Source of the DNA: Pyrinomonadaceae bacterium
GTDB lineage: Bacteria; Acidobacteriota; Blastocatellia; Pyrinomonadales; Pyrinomonadaceae
Assembly (NCBI GenBank): GCA_046313635.1
Contig: JBKBYA010000002.1
Span: 416,001-480,000 of the forward strand
Reading direction: 5' to 3'
Length of the DNA: 64,000 bases
The notes below the pieces were generated by a model, which saw nothing but the letters and a program-made list of their open reading frames with translations, was not told where the DNA came from and made no database searches. Shown piece after piece: positions 50,180 to 59,611 of this stretch (positions are counted from its first letter, which is position 1; each line of letters opens with the position of its first letter). Made by a program: the position numbers and the translations under genes.

Positions 50180-50243
50180 TTGTTTCCTAGCTCCTGTAAA
50201 TCTGGGCTGAATGTTTGAAATCTGGGTAGATAACAAAACGGTA

Positions 50244-50272
50244 ATGATAGCCGCTGGTCGTAGTGGTGTCAA
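50244..50272 (-). promoter_or_regulatory. sigma70 promoter of metK-ahcY
   Basis: Minus strand TTGACA-N17-TATCAT. Confidence 0.7.
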
Positions 50273-50365
50273 AATAGAGTCCCGATAAACTGGCAGTCGC
50301 GGCCGAGGGAACAAACGAGCGCCGCCGCATCCTTATTGCTCCGCAGAGATCCGATCATATATTGT

Positions 50366-50393
50366 GCGTCCGATAATAGAGATTATGTAATAG
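50366..50393. other. dif-like XerC/XerD recombination site
   Basis: GCGTCCGATAA-TAGAGA-TTATGTAATAG: 11-6-11 layout with ATAA/TTATG core, intergenic and AT-rich. Confidence 0.6.
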
Positions 50394-50527
50394 GTACGTT
50401 CCTCCGGCCGGGACAGCCTCGTTGAGGCCTGCTTCGGCTTCGCGCAGTTTCGCACCGTCGACTTGCCCGCCATCGACCGGAACTCATTTTCTCGTGCTTG
50501 GCGCCCGATCCTCTTAACGACAAGCGA

Positions 50528-50560
50528 AAGCGTCCCGCCGGTACGCGCGGCGGGACGCTT
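50528..50560 (-). terminator. terminator hairpin downstream of the Zn-dependent dehydrogenase
   Basis: AAGCGTCCCGCCG-N7-CGGCGGGACGCTT. Confidence 0.65.
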
Positions 50561-50586
50561 CTACTTTGGAGTTCGTTCTGGGGGTC

Positions 50587-51780
50587 TTAGTGGACGGTCG
50601 TCGTGCCTCCGGGTTTAAGCACCACCTTTATGCAGCCGTCCTGTTTATTCTTGAAGGTCTCGTACATCGCCGGCGCGTCGTCCAGAGACACCTCGTGCGT
50701 GATGATGAATGACGGATCGATCTCGCCCGATTCGATCTTTTCGAGCAGCTTGGGCATATATTTCTGCATATGGGTCTGGCCGGTCTTGAGCGTCAAGCCT
50801 TTATTCATAAGAGCGCCGATCGGGATCTTGTCTCCGGCGCCGACGTAGACGCCCGGGATCGAGATCGTGCCGCCCTTGCGGCAGCACCAGATGGCCTGGC
50901 GCAGAACGTGTACGCGATCGGTGGCGAGCATCAGGCTTGTCTTAAAAGCGTCGAGCAGGCCGTCCGGCATTCCTCCGGCGAGGGCTTCGCAGCCGACGGC
51001 GTCGATGCAGCGGTCGGGACCCATTCCTCCGGTCATCTCCATCAGGCGATCGTAGACGTTGTCCTGTTCAAAATTGATGATCTCGGCCCCGCATTCGCGG
51101 GCGGCGAGATCAAGCCTTTCGGCCACGTTGTCGATCGCGATGAGCCGTTCGGCACCGAGCATCGCGGCACTCTTAAGCGCGAATTGCCCGACCGGCCCGC
51201 AGCCCCAGACAGCTACGGTGTCGCCGGGCTCGATATCGGCATTTTCGGCGGCCATGTATCCGGTCGGGAAAACGTCGGACAAAAAGAGAACTTTCTCATC
51301 CGGGATCCCGTCCGGGATCTTAAGCGGCCCGACGTCGGCGAATGGCACCCGGAGGTACTCTGCCTGACCGCCGGCAAAGCCGCCCGTCAGATGCGAGTAT
51401 CCGAAAAGTCCGGCCGTCGAATGCCCCATGATCTTTTGCGCGGTCAGAGCGTTCGGATTCGAGTTGTCGCAACAGGAATAGAGTCCCTTGCGGCAGAAGA
51501 AGCATTCACCGCAGGAGATGGTAAAGGGCACGACGACGCGGTCGCCGACCTTTAGATTCTTGACCTCGGGCCCGACCTCCACGACTTCGCCCATCGGCTC
51601 GTGGCCGAGGATGTCGCCCTTTTCCATCGTCGGCATATAGCCGTCGTAGAGATGAAGGTCGGATCCGCAGATCGCGGTCGAAGTGATCTTGACGATCGCG
51701 TCTCGCGGATCGAGTATACGCGGGTCCGGTACATTCTCGATCCTCACGTCGCCGCGGCCGTACCAACAAAGTGCTTTCAT
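50587..51780 (-). CDS. zinc-dependent alcohol/formaldehyde dehydrogenase (YbdR-like)
   Basis: ICGSDLH, GHE, CGECFFC...[16 protein letters not shown]. Confidence 0.92.
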   Translation of the reverse strand: MKALCWYGRGDVRIENVPDPRILDPRDAIVKITSTAICGSDLHLYDGYMPTMEKGDILGHEPMGEVVEVGPEVKNLKVGDRVVVPFTISCGECFFCRKGLYSCCDNSNPNALTAQKIMGHSTAGLFGYSHLTGGFAGGQAEYLRVPFADVGPLKIPDGIPDEKVLFLSDVFPTGYMAAENADIEPGDTVAVWGCGPVGQFALKSAAMLGAERLIAIDNVAERLDLAARECGAEIINFEQDNVYDRLMEMTGGMGPDRCIDAVGCEALAGGMPDGLLDAFKTSLMLATDRVHVLRQAIWCCRKGGTISIPGVYVGAGDKIPIGALMNKGLTLKTGQTHMQKYMPKLLEKIESGEIDPSFIITHEVSLDDAPAMYETFKNKQDGCIKVVLKPGGTTTVH

Positions 51781-51813
51781 TAAAACCTCCTTGAGATCAA
51801 AACCCGAGTTCCC

Positions 51814-52392
51814 TTACGCCGCCTTACGGCCCGACGGCTGGCCGACGTTGGTCGGTGCCGCCGGATTGAGTTTGTCTCGCGTCCAGTCCTGAGAGCTGAG
51901 CGTCTTGCCGCACAGGATGTCGAGCGCCGTCACGCCCAGAACGGCGCCGGCCGCGAGCGTCAGACGCATTTTGCTGCTGCGTTCGCTTTTCGCGGCCGCG
52001 GCGAGGTACGCGAGGTCGATCGCGTCGCCGGCGACTCGCGACCAGACGGCGGCGGTCGGCTTTTGGCTCATCAGGATCGCGGCCCCATGTCCGATCTCGC
52101 GCAGGCCAAGAGCACGGATATTGTTTCGCTGGTCCTCATCCACGCCGATCAATCGGGCCATCGCGCCTGGAGCGAGAGCCTCCGCGAGTCCGAGGCCGAT
52201 GCTGAACATCGCCAGGCCGTTAGCAAGCTTCCCAGCCGCCAAATTTGCCGGGTCCCTGTACTTCAATTCGACGAGATCGGACGACGATGTGACCGCCGCC
52301 GGGCGAGCCTCGGGCAGGTCCGAGACGCCGGCGGCGCTGAGCATCGCGAGTTCGGATGCTCCGTTGACGGTTTGCGGTGCCGCGGTGCTCAT
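51814..52392 (-). CDS. hypothetical membrane-associated protein
   Basis: FSIGLGLAE.LAP...GLREI.HG...WSRVAGDAID; AAGGAG RBS; start MSTAAP. Confidence 0.72.
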   Translation of the reverse strand: MSTAAPQTVNGASELAMLSAAGVSDLPEARPAAVTSSSDLVELKYRDPANLAAGKLANGLAMFSIGLGLAEALAPGAMARLIGVDEDQRNNIRALGLREIGHGAAILMSQKPTAAVWSRVAGDAIDLAYLAAAAKSERSSKMRLTLAAGAVLGVTALDILCGKTLSSQDWTRDKLNPAAPTNVGQPSGRKAA

Positions 52393-52524
52393 AGATCGAT
52401 ACTCCTTGGTCAGATTTATCTGCGGCGAATGGACCGGTGCTCGATTGATAGGATCGATGCGTGGGAAACACCGCAATTCGATTATAGATATTGAAAAGCG
52501 GCCCAAGTGTCGCGTGCAATACAA

Positions 52525-52557
52525 ACCGGCGGCGGGACACGTGCCCTCGCCGCCGGT
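52525..52557 (-). terminator. terminator downstream of parB
   Basis: ACCGGCGGCG...CGCCGCCGGT hairpin, continuing into a short T-run on the minus strand. Confidence 0.5.
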
Positions 52558-52584
52558 ATCAAACGGTACTCTGACTTCTTGCCG

Positions 52585-53478
52585 CTACGTATTGCCGGCC
52601 TCGCCGGTCTCACCCTTGACGTCGTCAAAGGCCTGCTTCAGCGCCTGCAGGATCGAGCGTTTGCCTACCTCGGCGGCAGCGGCGAATCTTATCTCGAGCG
52701 AAAAGCTCCCATCGGGGGCTCGATACGCATACTTGCGGCCGCTCGCCTCGGCGCTCTTTGCAGAATGCTGAGCGTCGGGCGTTATGCCCGCATGGGGTAC
52801 GGTCTCACCGCCATTCGATGCGGAACGCTTGGCCGCTTCTTTCTTCTTTTTGTTCTCAGGGTAGTTGTCGAGATACTCGAACATCGCCGCTTCATCGAAT
52901 TGACGTGCGATCTCGAGCAGCGTCGCCTTTGAAGCGATGCCGAGTTCCCTGCAGCGGTCGCGGATCTCCTGCGGCAGGCCTGCGACCGACATCAGTTCGG
53001 TCACGGTCGATCGGCTCTTGCTGATCTTCTTTGCGATCTCGTCGTGCGTGTAGCCGAATTTAGAAGCGAGTGCCGCCAGGCCGTCGGCCTCTTCCCAAAT
53101 GGTGAGGTCCTTGCGCTGAAGGTTCTCGATCAGCGCGACCTCGGCGACGCCGTGCTCGTCGAGGTCGAGCTCGACGCACGGCACCTCGGTCAGACCAGCA
53201 AGCTGCGACGCACGCCAACGCCTTTCGCCGGCGATGATCATATACGTCCCGTCTTTATTGGGTTTGACAAGGAGCGGCTCGAGGACGCCTTTTTCGCGGA
53301 TCGAATCGGTCAGCTCCGTGAGGTCGCCAAACTCCACGCGCGGCTGCTCGGGATTGGGCGAGATGCGCGCGATCTCGATGATCTTGCCGACGGGCCGGTT
53401 GGCGCGCGACAGCTCCTCGACGTAATGGTAATCATGCCGCATTTGAACGGATGCCGGCAGTCCTCCTCTCTTCGACAC
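52585..53478 (-). CDS. parB: ParB/Spo0J family protein
   Basis: PNPEQPR, GVLEPLLV, IAGERRWRA, ALIENLQR.DL, HTH THDEIAKKISKSRSTV. Confidence 0.88.
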   Translation of the reverse strand: MSKRGGLPASVQMRHDYHYVEELSRANRPVGKIIEIARISPNPEQPRVEFGDLTELTDSIREKGVLEPLLVKPNKDGTYMIIAGERRWRASQLAGLTEVPCVELDLDEHGVAEVALIENLQRKDLTIWEEADGLAALASKFGYTHDEIAKKISKSRSTVTELMSVAGLPQEIRDRCRELGIASKATLLEIARQFDEAAMFEYLDNYPENKKKKEAAKRSASNGGETVPHAGITPDAQHSAKSAEASGRKYAYRAPDGSFSLEIRFAAAAEVGKRSILQALKQAFDDVKGETGEAGNT

Positions 53479-54226
53479 GCCTTAATACCTCCTCTGAAAG
53501 TCTTGTGTATTCGTCGGCGCCCGAAGATCGCGGCGCATGATCAAAGATCGATTTCTTGTGGGCCGGGGCCTCCTCGAGACGGACGCTTCGCGTGATGACC
53601 GTGTCGAACGTCTGCTCGCCGAACGTATTCCGAATGTACGACTCGACGTCCTTGGCGATCGCCGTCCGCCGGTCAAAAAGCGTGACGAGCACGCCGAGCA
53701 GCTTGAGCTCCGGGTTTGGCCTTGACCTGATGCGCTCGACCGTCTCGAGCAGGTCGTCTGTCCCCTCCATCGCAAAGTACGACGACTGGATCGGGATCAT
53801 AAAATAGTTTGCCGCGACCAGAGCGTTGACCGTGATCAGCCCGAGCGTCGGCGGCGTATCGATAAAGATGAGATCGTATCGGTCGCGAATTTGGTCGACG
53901 CGGTCGCGCAGGCGATAGATCGCGTCAAAGTCGCCGACGAGCTTGGCCTCGAGCTTTGCGAGATTGATGCGGGCCGGGACGAGGTCGAGCCGCTCGACAT
54001 TTGTCGGATAAACGAACTCGGCGAACGGGCGCTCTTTCTCGGTAAAAAGCTCGTACGCGCCGCCATTCACGCTGTCGGGATCCATGAACGACAGCGAGCT
54101 GTTGCTCTGCGGGTCGAGGTCGATCAGCAGAACCCGCTTGCCGGCCGCCGCGCAGGCCGCGGAAAGGTTGATGGCAGTGGTCGTCTTGCCAACGCCCCCT
54201 TTCTGGTTCGTTATTACGATCAGCAT
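53432..54226 (-). CDS. parA: ParA/Soj family ATPase
   Basis: NQKGGVGKTT, DLDPQ, IDTPP; 3' end overlaps the parB start by 47 nt. Confidence 0.88.
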   Translation of the reverse strand: MLIVITNQKGGVGKTTTAINLSAACAAAGKRVLLIDLDPQSNSSLSFMDPDSVNGGAYELFTEKERPFAEFVYPTNVERLDLVPARINLAKLEAKLVGDFDAIYRLRDRVDQIRDRYDLIFIDTPPTLGLITVNALVAANYFMIPIQSSYFAMEGTDDLLETVERIRSRPNPELKLLGVLVTLFDRRTAIAKDVESYIRNTFGEQTFDTVITRSVRLEEAPAHKKSIFDHAPRSSGADEYTRLSEEVLRRVEERRTAGIRSNAA

Positions 54227-54244
54227 TTTGTGGTGAAAAAGAAA

Positions 54245-54727
54245 CTAGTCGATCACGTCGGGCCAATCTTCGGTTTGGGCCGGCGCGGCGTCAACCTCGG
54301 GCTCGGGCTGACTGGAACTGGCAGAAAGGTCGAGCACCTTTTGCATTACATATATCGGACAATCGAGTCGTAATGCAAGCGCGATGGCGTCCGAAGGCCG
54401 GGCATCAAGCGTGACGGGCTCGCCGTTGCGGTCTGTCAGTTCGATCACCGCGTAAAAAGTATTTTCGAGCAGGTCGGTGATGGTCACCTTGGCGGCGGTG
54501 AGGCCGCACTCGACGATGACGTTGCGAAGCAGGTCGTGCGTCATCGGGCGCTGCGGGGCGATCTTCTCGATCTCGAGCGCGATCGCGTTCGCCTCAAAGG
54601 CCCCGACCCAGATCGGAAGCACGGTCTCGGACTCGATCCCCTTGAGCACGACGATCGGAGTATTCGTGTTCGGGTCCATGATGAGAGCCCCGATCTTGAC
54701 CTCGACCAGATCCGTTTCTTCTGCCAC
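54245..54727 (-). CDS. bifunctional nuclease (DUF151) family protein
   Basis: LPIWVG.FEA.AI, RPMTHDL, DARPSDAIALALR. Confidence 0.92.
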   Translation of the reverse strand: MAEETDLVEVKIGALIMDPNTNTPIVVLKGIESETVLPIWVGAFEANAIALEIEKIAPQRPMTHDLLRNVIVECGLTAAKVTITDLLENTFYAVIELTDRNGEPVTLDARPSDAIALALRLDCPIYVMQKVLDLSASSSQPEPEVDAAPAQTEDWPDVID

Positions 54728-54731
54728 TTAA

Positions 54732-56060
54732 TTAACAAGCCTCCCCGTACAGCGAATTGGTCTTGACCGCCGTGATCCGCACGTCAAAGATCTTTCCGAT
54801 CATCTCTTCGCCGCCCCCGAAGTTGACGACCTTGTGACAGGTCGAATGACCGGTGATGTCGTCGGCCGACTTGGCCGAGACGCCCTCGGCGAGTACTTTG
54901 ATCGTCCGGCCCACGTAACGCTGCAGATGTTTATCCTGGATCGCACGCTGCCGCCGCTCGAGCTCGAGAAACCGCTCGGTCTTTTGCTGCGGCGTGACGT
55001 CGTCGGGCATCTCGTAAGCAGGCGTGCCGGGCCGCGGCGAGTACTTGAATATGTACGCGCTGTCGTAACCGACGTAGTCGAACAGCTCGACCGTCTGACG
55101 AAAGTCCTCGTCCGTCTCGCCCGGAAAGCCGACGATGATATCGGTCGTCAGAGCGATGTCGCGTCGCGACGACTTGATGCGGTCGATCTTTTTCTTGTAC
55201 GAGTCGATCGTGTGTCCGCGACGCATCGCGCGCAGCACTCGGTCGCTGCCCGACTGGACGGGCAGATGGACCCAGTTGCAGAGATTCTCGTGCTCTTCCA
55301 TCGCGTCGACGATGTCGGCGTGAAAGTCGCGCGGGAACGAGGTCGTGAACTTCACCCGCTCGATGCCGGTCGCCGCAACGGCGCGCAGCAGACGCGAGAA
55401 CGGTGTCTTGCCCGGGAACATCTCCATTCCCGAATCGGACTGCGGCCGGTAGCTGTTGACGTTCTGCCCGATGAGATGAACCTCCTTGACGCCCTGACGA
55501 CGTAGCTCGAGCACCTGCCTGACGATCTCGGACGCGAGCAGGCTGCGTTCCCTGCCGCGCGAAAAAGGCACGATGCAGTACGTGCAAAACTTGTTGCAGC
55601 CCTCGATGATCGGGACGAAGGCGACGTGCCTAGAATGACGTTGATTTTCGGCGACCGCCCAGTCGTAATCGATGTCGCGCTCGCCGAGATCGGAGACTCG
55701 CCGGTTGTCGTGAAGTACCTTTGCGATGGCGTCGCCGACGCGTCCGACGGCGCGCGTTCCGATCACGAAATCGACCGCCGAGCTGCGCGAAAAGAGCGTC
55801 TCGCCCTCGAGCTGCGCGACGCAGCCCATCACGCCGACGAGCGGTTTTGTTTCTCTCTCTGAATTCTTGATGCGGCCGATCTGCGTGTAGAGTTTTTGCT
55901 CGGCTTTTTCGCGGACGGAGCAGGTATTTATCAGTACGATGTCGGCGGAATCGGCGTCTTTAGTTATCTCGTAACCCTGTGAGACGAGCGACGTCGCGAC
56001 CCTTTCCGAGTCGGAGACATTCATTTGACAGCCGTATGTTTCCAGATAAACTTTCTTCAT
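54732..56060 (-). CDS. miaB: tRNA-i6A37 methylthiotransferase
   Basis: TYGCQMN, NTCSVREKAE, GCNKFCTYC, HLPVQSG, DIIVGFPGET, C-terminal TRAM. Confidence 0.96.
   Translation of the reverse strand: MKKVYLETYGCQMNVSDSERVATSLVSQGYEITKDADSADIVLINTCSVREKAEQKLYTQIGRIKNSERETKPLVGVMGCVAQLEGETLFSRSSAVDFVIGTRAVGRVGDAIAKVLHDNRRVSDLGERDIDYDWAVAENQRHSRHVAFVPIIEGCNKFCTYCIVPFSRGRERSLLASEIVRQVLELRRQGVKEVHLIGQNVNSYRPQSDSGMEMFPGKTPFSRLLRAVAATGIERVKFTTSFPRDFHADIVDAMEEHENLCNWVHLPVQSGSDRVLRAMRRGHTIDSYKKKIDRIKSSRRDIALTTDIIVGFPGETDEDFRQTVELFDYVGYDSAYIFKYSPRPGTPAYEMPDDVTPQQKTERFLELERRQRAIQDKHLQRYVGRTIKVLAEGVSAKSADDITGHSTCHKVVNFGGGEEMIGKIFDVRITAVKTNSLYGEAC
56025..56052 (+). promoter_or_regulatory. putative dnaE promoter embedded in the miaB coding sequence
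   Basis: TTGACA-N16-TAAACT, ending 10 nt before dnaE ATG 56063. Confidence 0.6.
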
Positions 56061-56062
56061 CT

Positions 56063-59000
56063 ATGGCGCTCGACCCGGCCGATCTAAACTTCAGATCGAG
56101 AGATTTCGTTCACCTTCACCTGCACACCGATTATAGCCTCTTGCAGGCGGCAATCCAACTAAAGCCTCTCGCGAAGCGTCTGGCCGAACTCGAGATGCGC
56201 GCATGCGCGATAACCGACTACGGAAACATGTACGGTGCCGTCTCCTTCTACAACACGATGAAGGGCAGCGGCATTCATCCGATCGTCGGATACGAGGCGA
56301 TCGTGACGACCGGCAGCCGTTTCGACCGCGGCTCGTCGGTCGCCGCGGGCGAACGTCCGTACTACCATCTCGTGCTTTTGGCAAAGGATTTTGAGGGTTA
56401 TCAGAATCTCGTTTGGCTCGCTTCGAAAGCCTTTACCGAGGGCTTTCATCACAAGCCGCGCATCGACTTTGAACTGCTCGCCGAGCGCTCGAAAGGACTC
56501 GTCGCGCTGTCGTCGGGCTTCGATGGTTTTGTCTGCCATCATCTCCGCAGCGGCAACGAGAGCAAGGCGCTTGAATACGCCGGCCGGCTCACCGACATCT
56601 TTGGCAGGGACGGCGTCTATCTCGAGATCCAGGACCACGGACTCGACGAGCAGCGCAGCATCAACCGGTGCGTTGTCGAGCTTTCCAAAAAGACGGGCCT
56701 GCCGCTCGTCGCGACCAATGACGCTCATTACCTTACGCCGGAAGATTCGGCCGCGCACGACGTGCTCGTCTGCATCGGCGAGGGCCGCACGCTTGACAGG
56801 AACGCGGGGCCCGCGCTCGGCTCGCGCAACTTCTACGTCAGGTCCGCCGACGAGATGTGGGCGATCTTTGGCGACGAGCTGCCCGAGGCGCTCAAAAATA
56901 CCTGCCGCATCGCGGAGATGTGCCGGCTCAAGATCCCGACCGGTGAAGGCAATCTCACGCTGCCGACATTCCCCATCCCGGTCGACAGCGGATGCTCGAC
57001 GACCGACGAGTATTTTGAGAAGGTCGTCCGCGACGGATTTGCCGAGCGCGAGCGCACCGTCTGGCAGCCGATGCAGGCGGCCGGAATGCTCAAGTACGAC
57101 CTCGACACATATCACAAGCGGCTGCAGATCGAGCTCGACACGATCAGGAACATGGGCTTCCCGGGTTACTTTCTGATCGTCTGGGAGTTCATCAATTACG
57201 CGAAGCAAAAAGGAATTCCGGTCGGTCCCGGCCGCGGTTCGGCGGCGGGCTCGCTCGCCGCGTACTGCATGCAGATCACCGATGTCGACCCGATCCAGTA
57301 CGACCTGCTGTTTGAGCGATTCCTCAATCCGGAACGCGTATCGATGCCGGATATCGATATCGACTTCTGCATCCGCGGCCGCGGCGACGTGATCAATCAC
57401 GTGACCGAATTCTACGGCCGCGAATCGGTCTGCCAGATCATCACCTTCGGAACGATGGCGTCAAAGGCCGCGATCAAGGACGTCGGACGCGCTCTCGAGA
57501 TGCCGTTGCGCGACGTCGAGCGGATCGCGAAGCTCATCCCGCCGCCGTTTCGCGGCCGCAACATCAGCATCTCGCAGGCGCTCGAGCAGGTGCCCGAGCT
57601 GGCGTCGGCCTTCAAGACCGATCCGGCAGTCAAGGAGCTGGTCGATCTCGCGCTGCAGCTCGAGGGCTGCTCGCGTCACACTTCGGTCCACGCCGCGGGC
57701 GTCGTCATCTCGCCAAAGCCGCTTCACGAGATCGTGCCGGTCGCCGTCTCGGCCAAGAGCGAACTTACGAGCCAGTACACAATGGGCGATCTCGAAAAGG
57801 TCGGGATGCTCAAGATGGACTTTCTCGCCCTGACGACGCTGACGATCATCGACGACTGCCTCAAGACTCTCAAAGAAAAGAAGGGCGTCGAGATCGAATG
57901 GAGCACCATACCGCTCAACGATCCCGAGACGATGAAGCTCTTTGGCGAGGGCCGCACCGAGGCGATCTTCCAGTTCGAATCTTCGGGCATGCAGGAGATC
58001 TGCCGCCGCCTCAAGCCAAAAGAGCTCGAAGACCTCGCCGCCTTGAACGCTCTCTATCGTCCCGGCCCGCTCGACGGCGGAATGATCGACGACTACATCG
58101 CGCGCCACCACGGCAAAAAGAAGGTCACGTATCTCGTCCCGCAGATGGAGGACATTCTGAAGAATACCTTCGGCGTGCTCGTCTATCAGGAACAGATCAT
58201 GCAGCTCGCGCAAAAGCTCGCCGGCTACAGCCTCGGCGACGCCGACCTGATGCGCCGCGCGATGGGCAAAAAGAAGCGCGAGGAGATGGCCGTCCACGAG
58301 GAAAAGTTCATTTCGGGCGCGGTCGAGCGCGGCATTCCAAAGGCGAAGGCGGAAGAGATCTTTCGCCTTATGGCGCAGTTTGCCGATTACGGCTTCAACC
58401 GCAGCCACTCGATCGCGTACGCGTACCTTGCGTTTCAGACCGCGTATCTCAAGGCTCATTATCCGTCGTTCTTTTACGCGGCTGTTCTCTCGCACGAAGC
58501 GCAGGACAGCTCGAAGGTCTACAAGTACACCAAGGAGCTGATGTCGATCGGGATGAAGCTGCTGCCGCCGGACGTCAACGAGAGCGACGACGGGTTTACG
58601 CCGCTCGACGACGCGGTGCGGTTCGGCCTGACGGCGATCAAGGGCATCGGCCAGGCGAGCGTCGTGTCGATCATCGAGGCCCGGAAGGCGGGGCCGTTCA
58701 CTTCGGTTTTTGACTTTGTCTCGCGCGTCGAGCCCGCGTCGCTCAACCGCCGGGCGCTGGAGAGTCTGATCACGGCGGGAGCGCTCGATTCGCTTATGCC
58801 CGAGGAGATGTCGATCAACCGCTACCGCGCGCTGCTCTTTAACGGCATCGCGCAGATCATGCAGATCGGCCAGCGAAGCTGGGAAGACCGCACGCGCGGA
58901 CAAAGCGGCCTTTTTGCGATGGCGGCCGAGGCGAGCGCACCGGCCGCGGACGTCGCCAGCCTGCCGCCGTGCGACGAATGGTCGCAGGGCGAGCTTTCAA

Positions 59001-59608
59001 AATACGAAAAGTCCGCGCTCGGCTTTTACCTCGCCGCGCATCCGCTCGACACCTACGAGGAGATGATCGCCGAGCTCAAGCTCAAAAAGCTCGGCGACTA
59101 CGAGCAGCTCTCGAGCGGCGACACGGTCCAGCTGGCGGGATTGGTCTCGGGTTTTCAGGTTCGTTATAGTAAGAAAGGCAATCGATTTTGCATGTTCAGG
59201 CTCGAGGACCAGTCGGGCGGCATCAAGTGCATCGCGTGGGGTGAGACGTTCTCTAAATTCTCAGACCTGCTGCGCGACGACGAGGTGATCCTCGCGACCG
59301 GCCGCATCGAGGGAGCCGAGAATCAGGACGAGACCCTGATCCTCGACGAGATCAAGCTGCTCGCCGACGTCGGGCCGATGCGGGCAAAAGAGGCGACGAT
59401 CATTCTGCCGCGCTCGCTCGACGAGGCGACTCTCGAGGAGATCTTCAAGCTGCTTAGCCGCCAGCGCGGCGACTGCGGCGTATCGTTAAAGGTCGAGGCC
59501 GACGGCGTATGCGCGACGATAAGCCCGCCGCAGCTGCGGATCAAGGGGTCGAGCCGTCTCGCCCGCGAGCTCGAGGGCCGCGGCTGCAGCATCGATTGGG
59601 TCCTTTAA
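56063..59608 (+). CDS. dnaE: DNA polymerase III alpha subunit
   Basis: FVHLHLHTDYS (PHP), GPGRGSAAGS, PDIDID, KMDFL, YGFNRSH, OB fold; no intein. Confidence 0.97.
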   Translation: MALDPADLNFRSRDFVHLHLHTDYSLLQAAIQLKPLAKRLAELEMRACAITDYGNMYGAVSFYNTMKGSGIHPIVGYEAIVTTGSRFDRGSSVAAGERPYYHLVLLAKDFEGYQNLVWLASKAFTEGFHHKPRIDFELLAERSKGLVALSSGFDGFVCHHLRSGNESKALEYAGRLTDIFGRDGVYLEIQDHGLDEQRSINRCVVELSKKTGLPLVATNDAHYLTPEDSAAHDVLVCIGEGRTLDRNAGPALGSRNFYVRSADEMWAIFGDELPEALKNTCRIAEMCRLKIPTGEGNLTLPTFPIPVDSGCSTTDEYFEKVVRDGFAERERTVWQPMQAAGMLKYDLDTYHKRLQIELDTIRNMGFPGYFLIVWEFINYAKQKGIPVGPGRGSAAGSLAAYCMQITDVDPIQYDLLFERFLNPERVSMPDIDIDFCIRGRGDVINHVTEFYGRESVCQIITFGTMASKAAIKDVGRALEMPLRDVERIAKLIPPPFRGRNISISQALEQVPELASAFKTDPAVKELVDLALQLEGCSRHTSVHAAGVVISPKPLHEIVPVAVSAKSELTSQYTMGDLEKVGMLKMDFLALTTLTIIDDCLKTLKEKKGVEIEWSTIPLNDPETMKLFGEGRTEAIFQFESSGMQEICRRLKPKELEDLAALNALYRPGPLDGGMIDDYIARHHGKKKVTYLVPQMEDILKNTFGVLVYQEQIMQLAQKLAGYSLGDADLMRRAMGKKKREEMAVHEEKFISGAVERGIPKAKAEEIFRLMAQFADYGFNRSHSIAYAYLAFQTAYLKAHYPSFFYAAVLSHEAQDSSKVYKYTKELMSIGMKLLPPDVNESDDGFTPLDDAVRFGLTAIKGIGQASVVSIIEARKAGPFTSVFDFVSRVEPASLNRRALESLITAGALDSLMPEEMSINRYRALLFNGIAQIMQIGQRSWEDRTRGQSGLFAMAAEASAPAADVASLPPCDEWSQGELSKYEKSALGFYLAAHPLDTYEEMIAELKLKKLGDYEQLSSGDTVQLAGLVSGFQVRYSKKGNRFCMFRLEDQSGGIKCIAWGETFSKFSDLLRDDEVILATGRIEGAENQDETLILDEIKLLADVGPMRAKEATIILPRSLDEATLEEIFKLLSRQRGDCGVSLKVEADGVCATISPPQLRIKGSSRLARELEGRGCSIDWVL
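56130..56158 (-). promoter_or_regulatory. putative miaB promoter embedded in the dnaE coding sequence
   Basis: Minus strand TTGGAT-N17-TATAAT. Confidence 0.55.
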
Positions 59609-59611
59609 GAA

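Noticed and set aside
52400..54300. parS sites near parAB
   Set aside because: No match to TGTTTCACGTGAAACA seen by eye.
56063..59608. Intein or split dnaE
   Set aside because: Normal length (~1180 aa), continuous motifs and no intein signatures.
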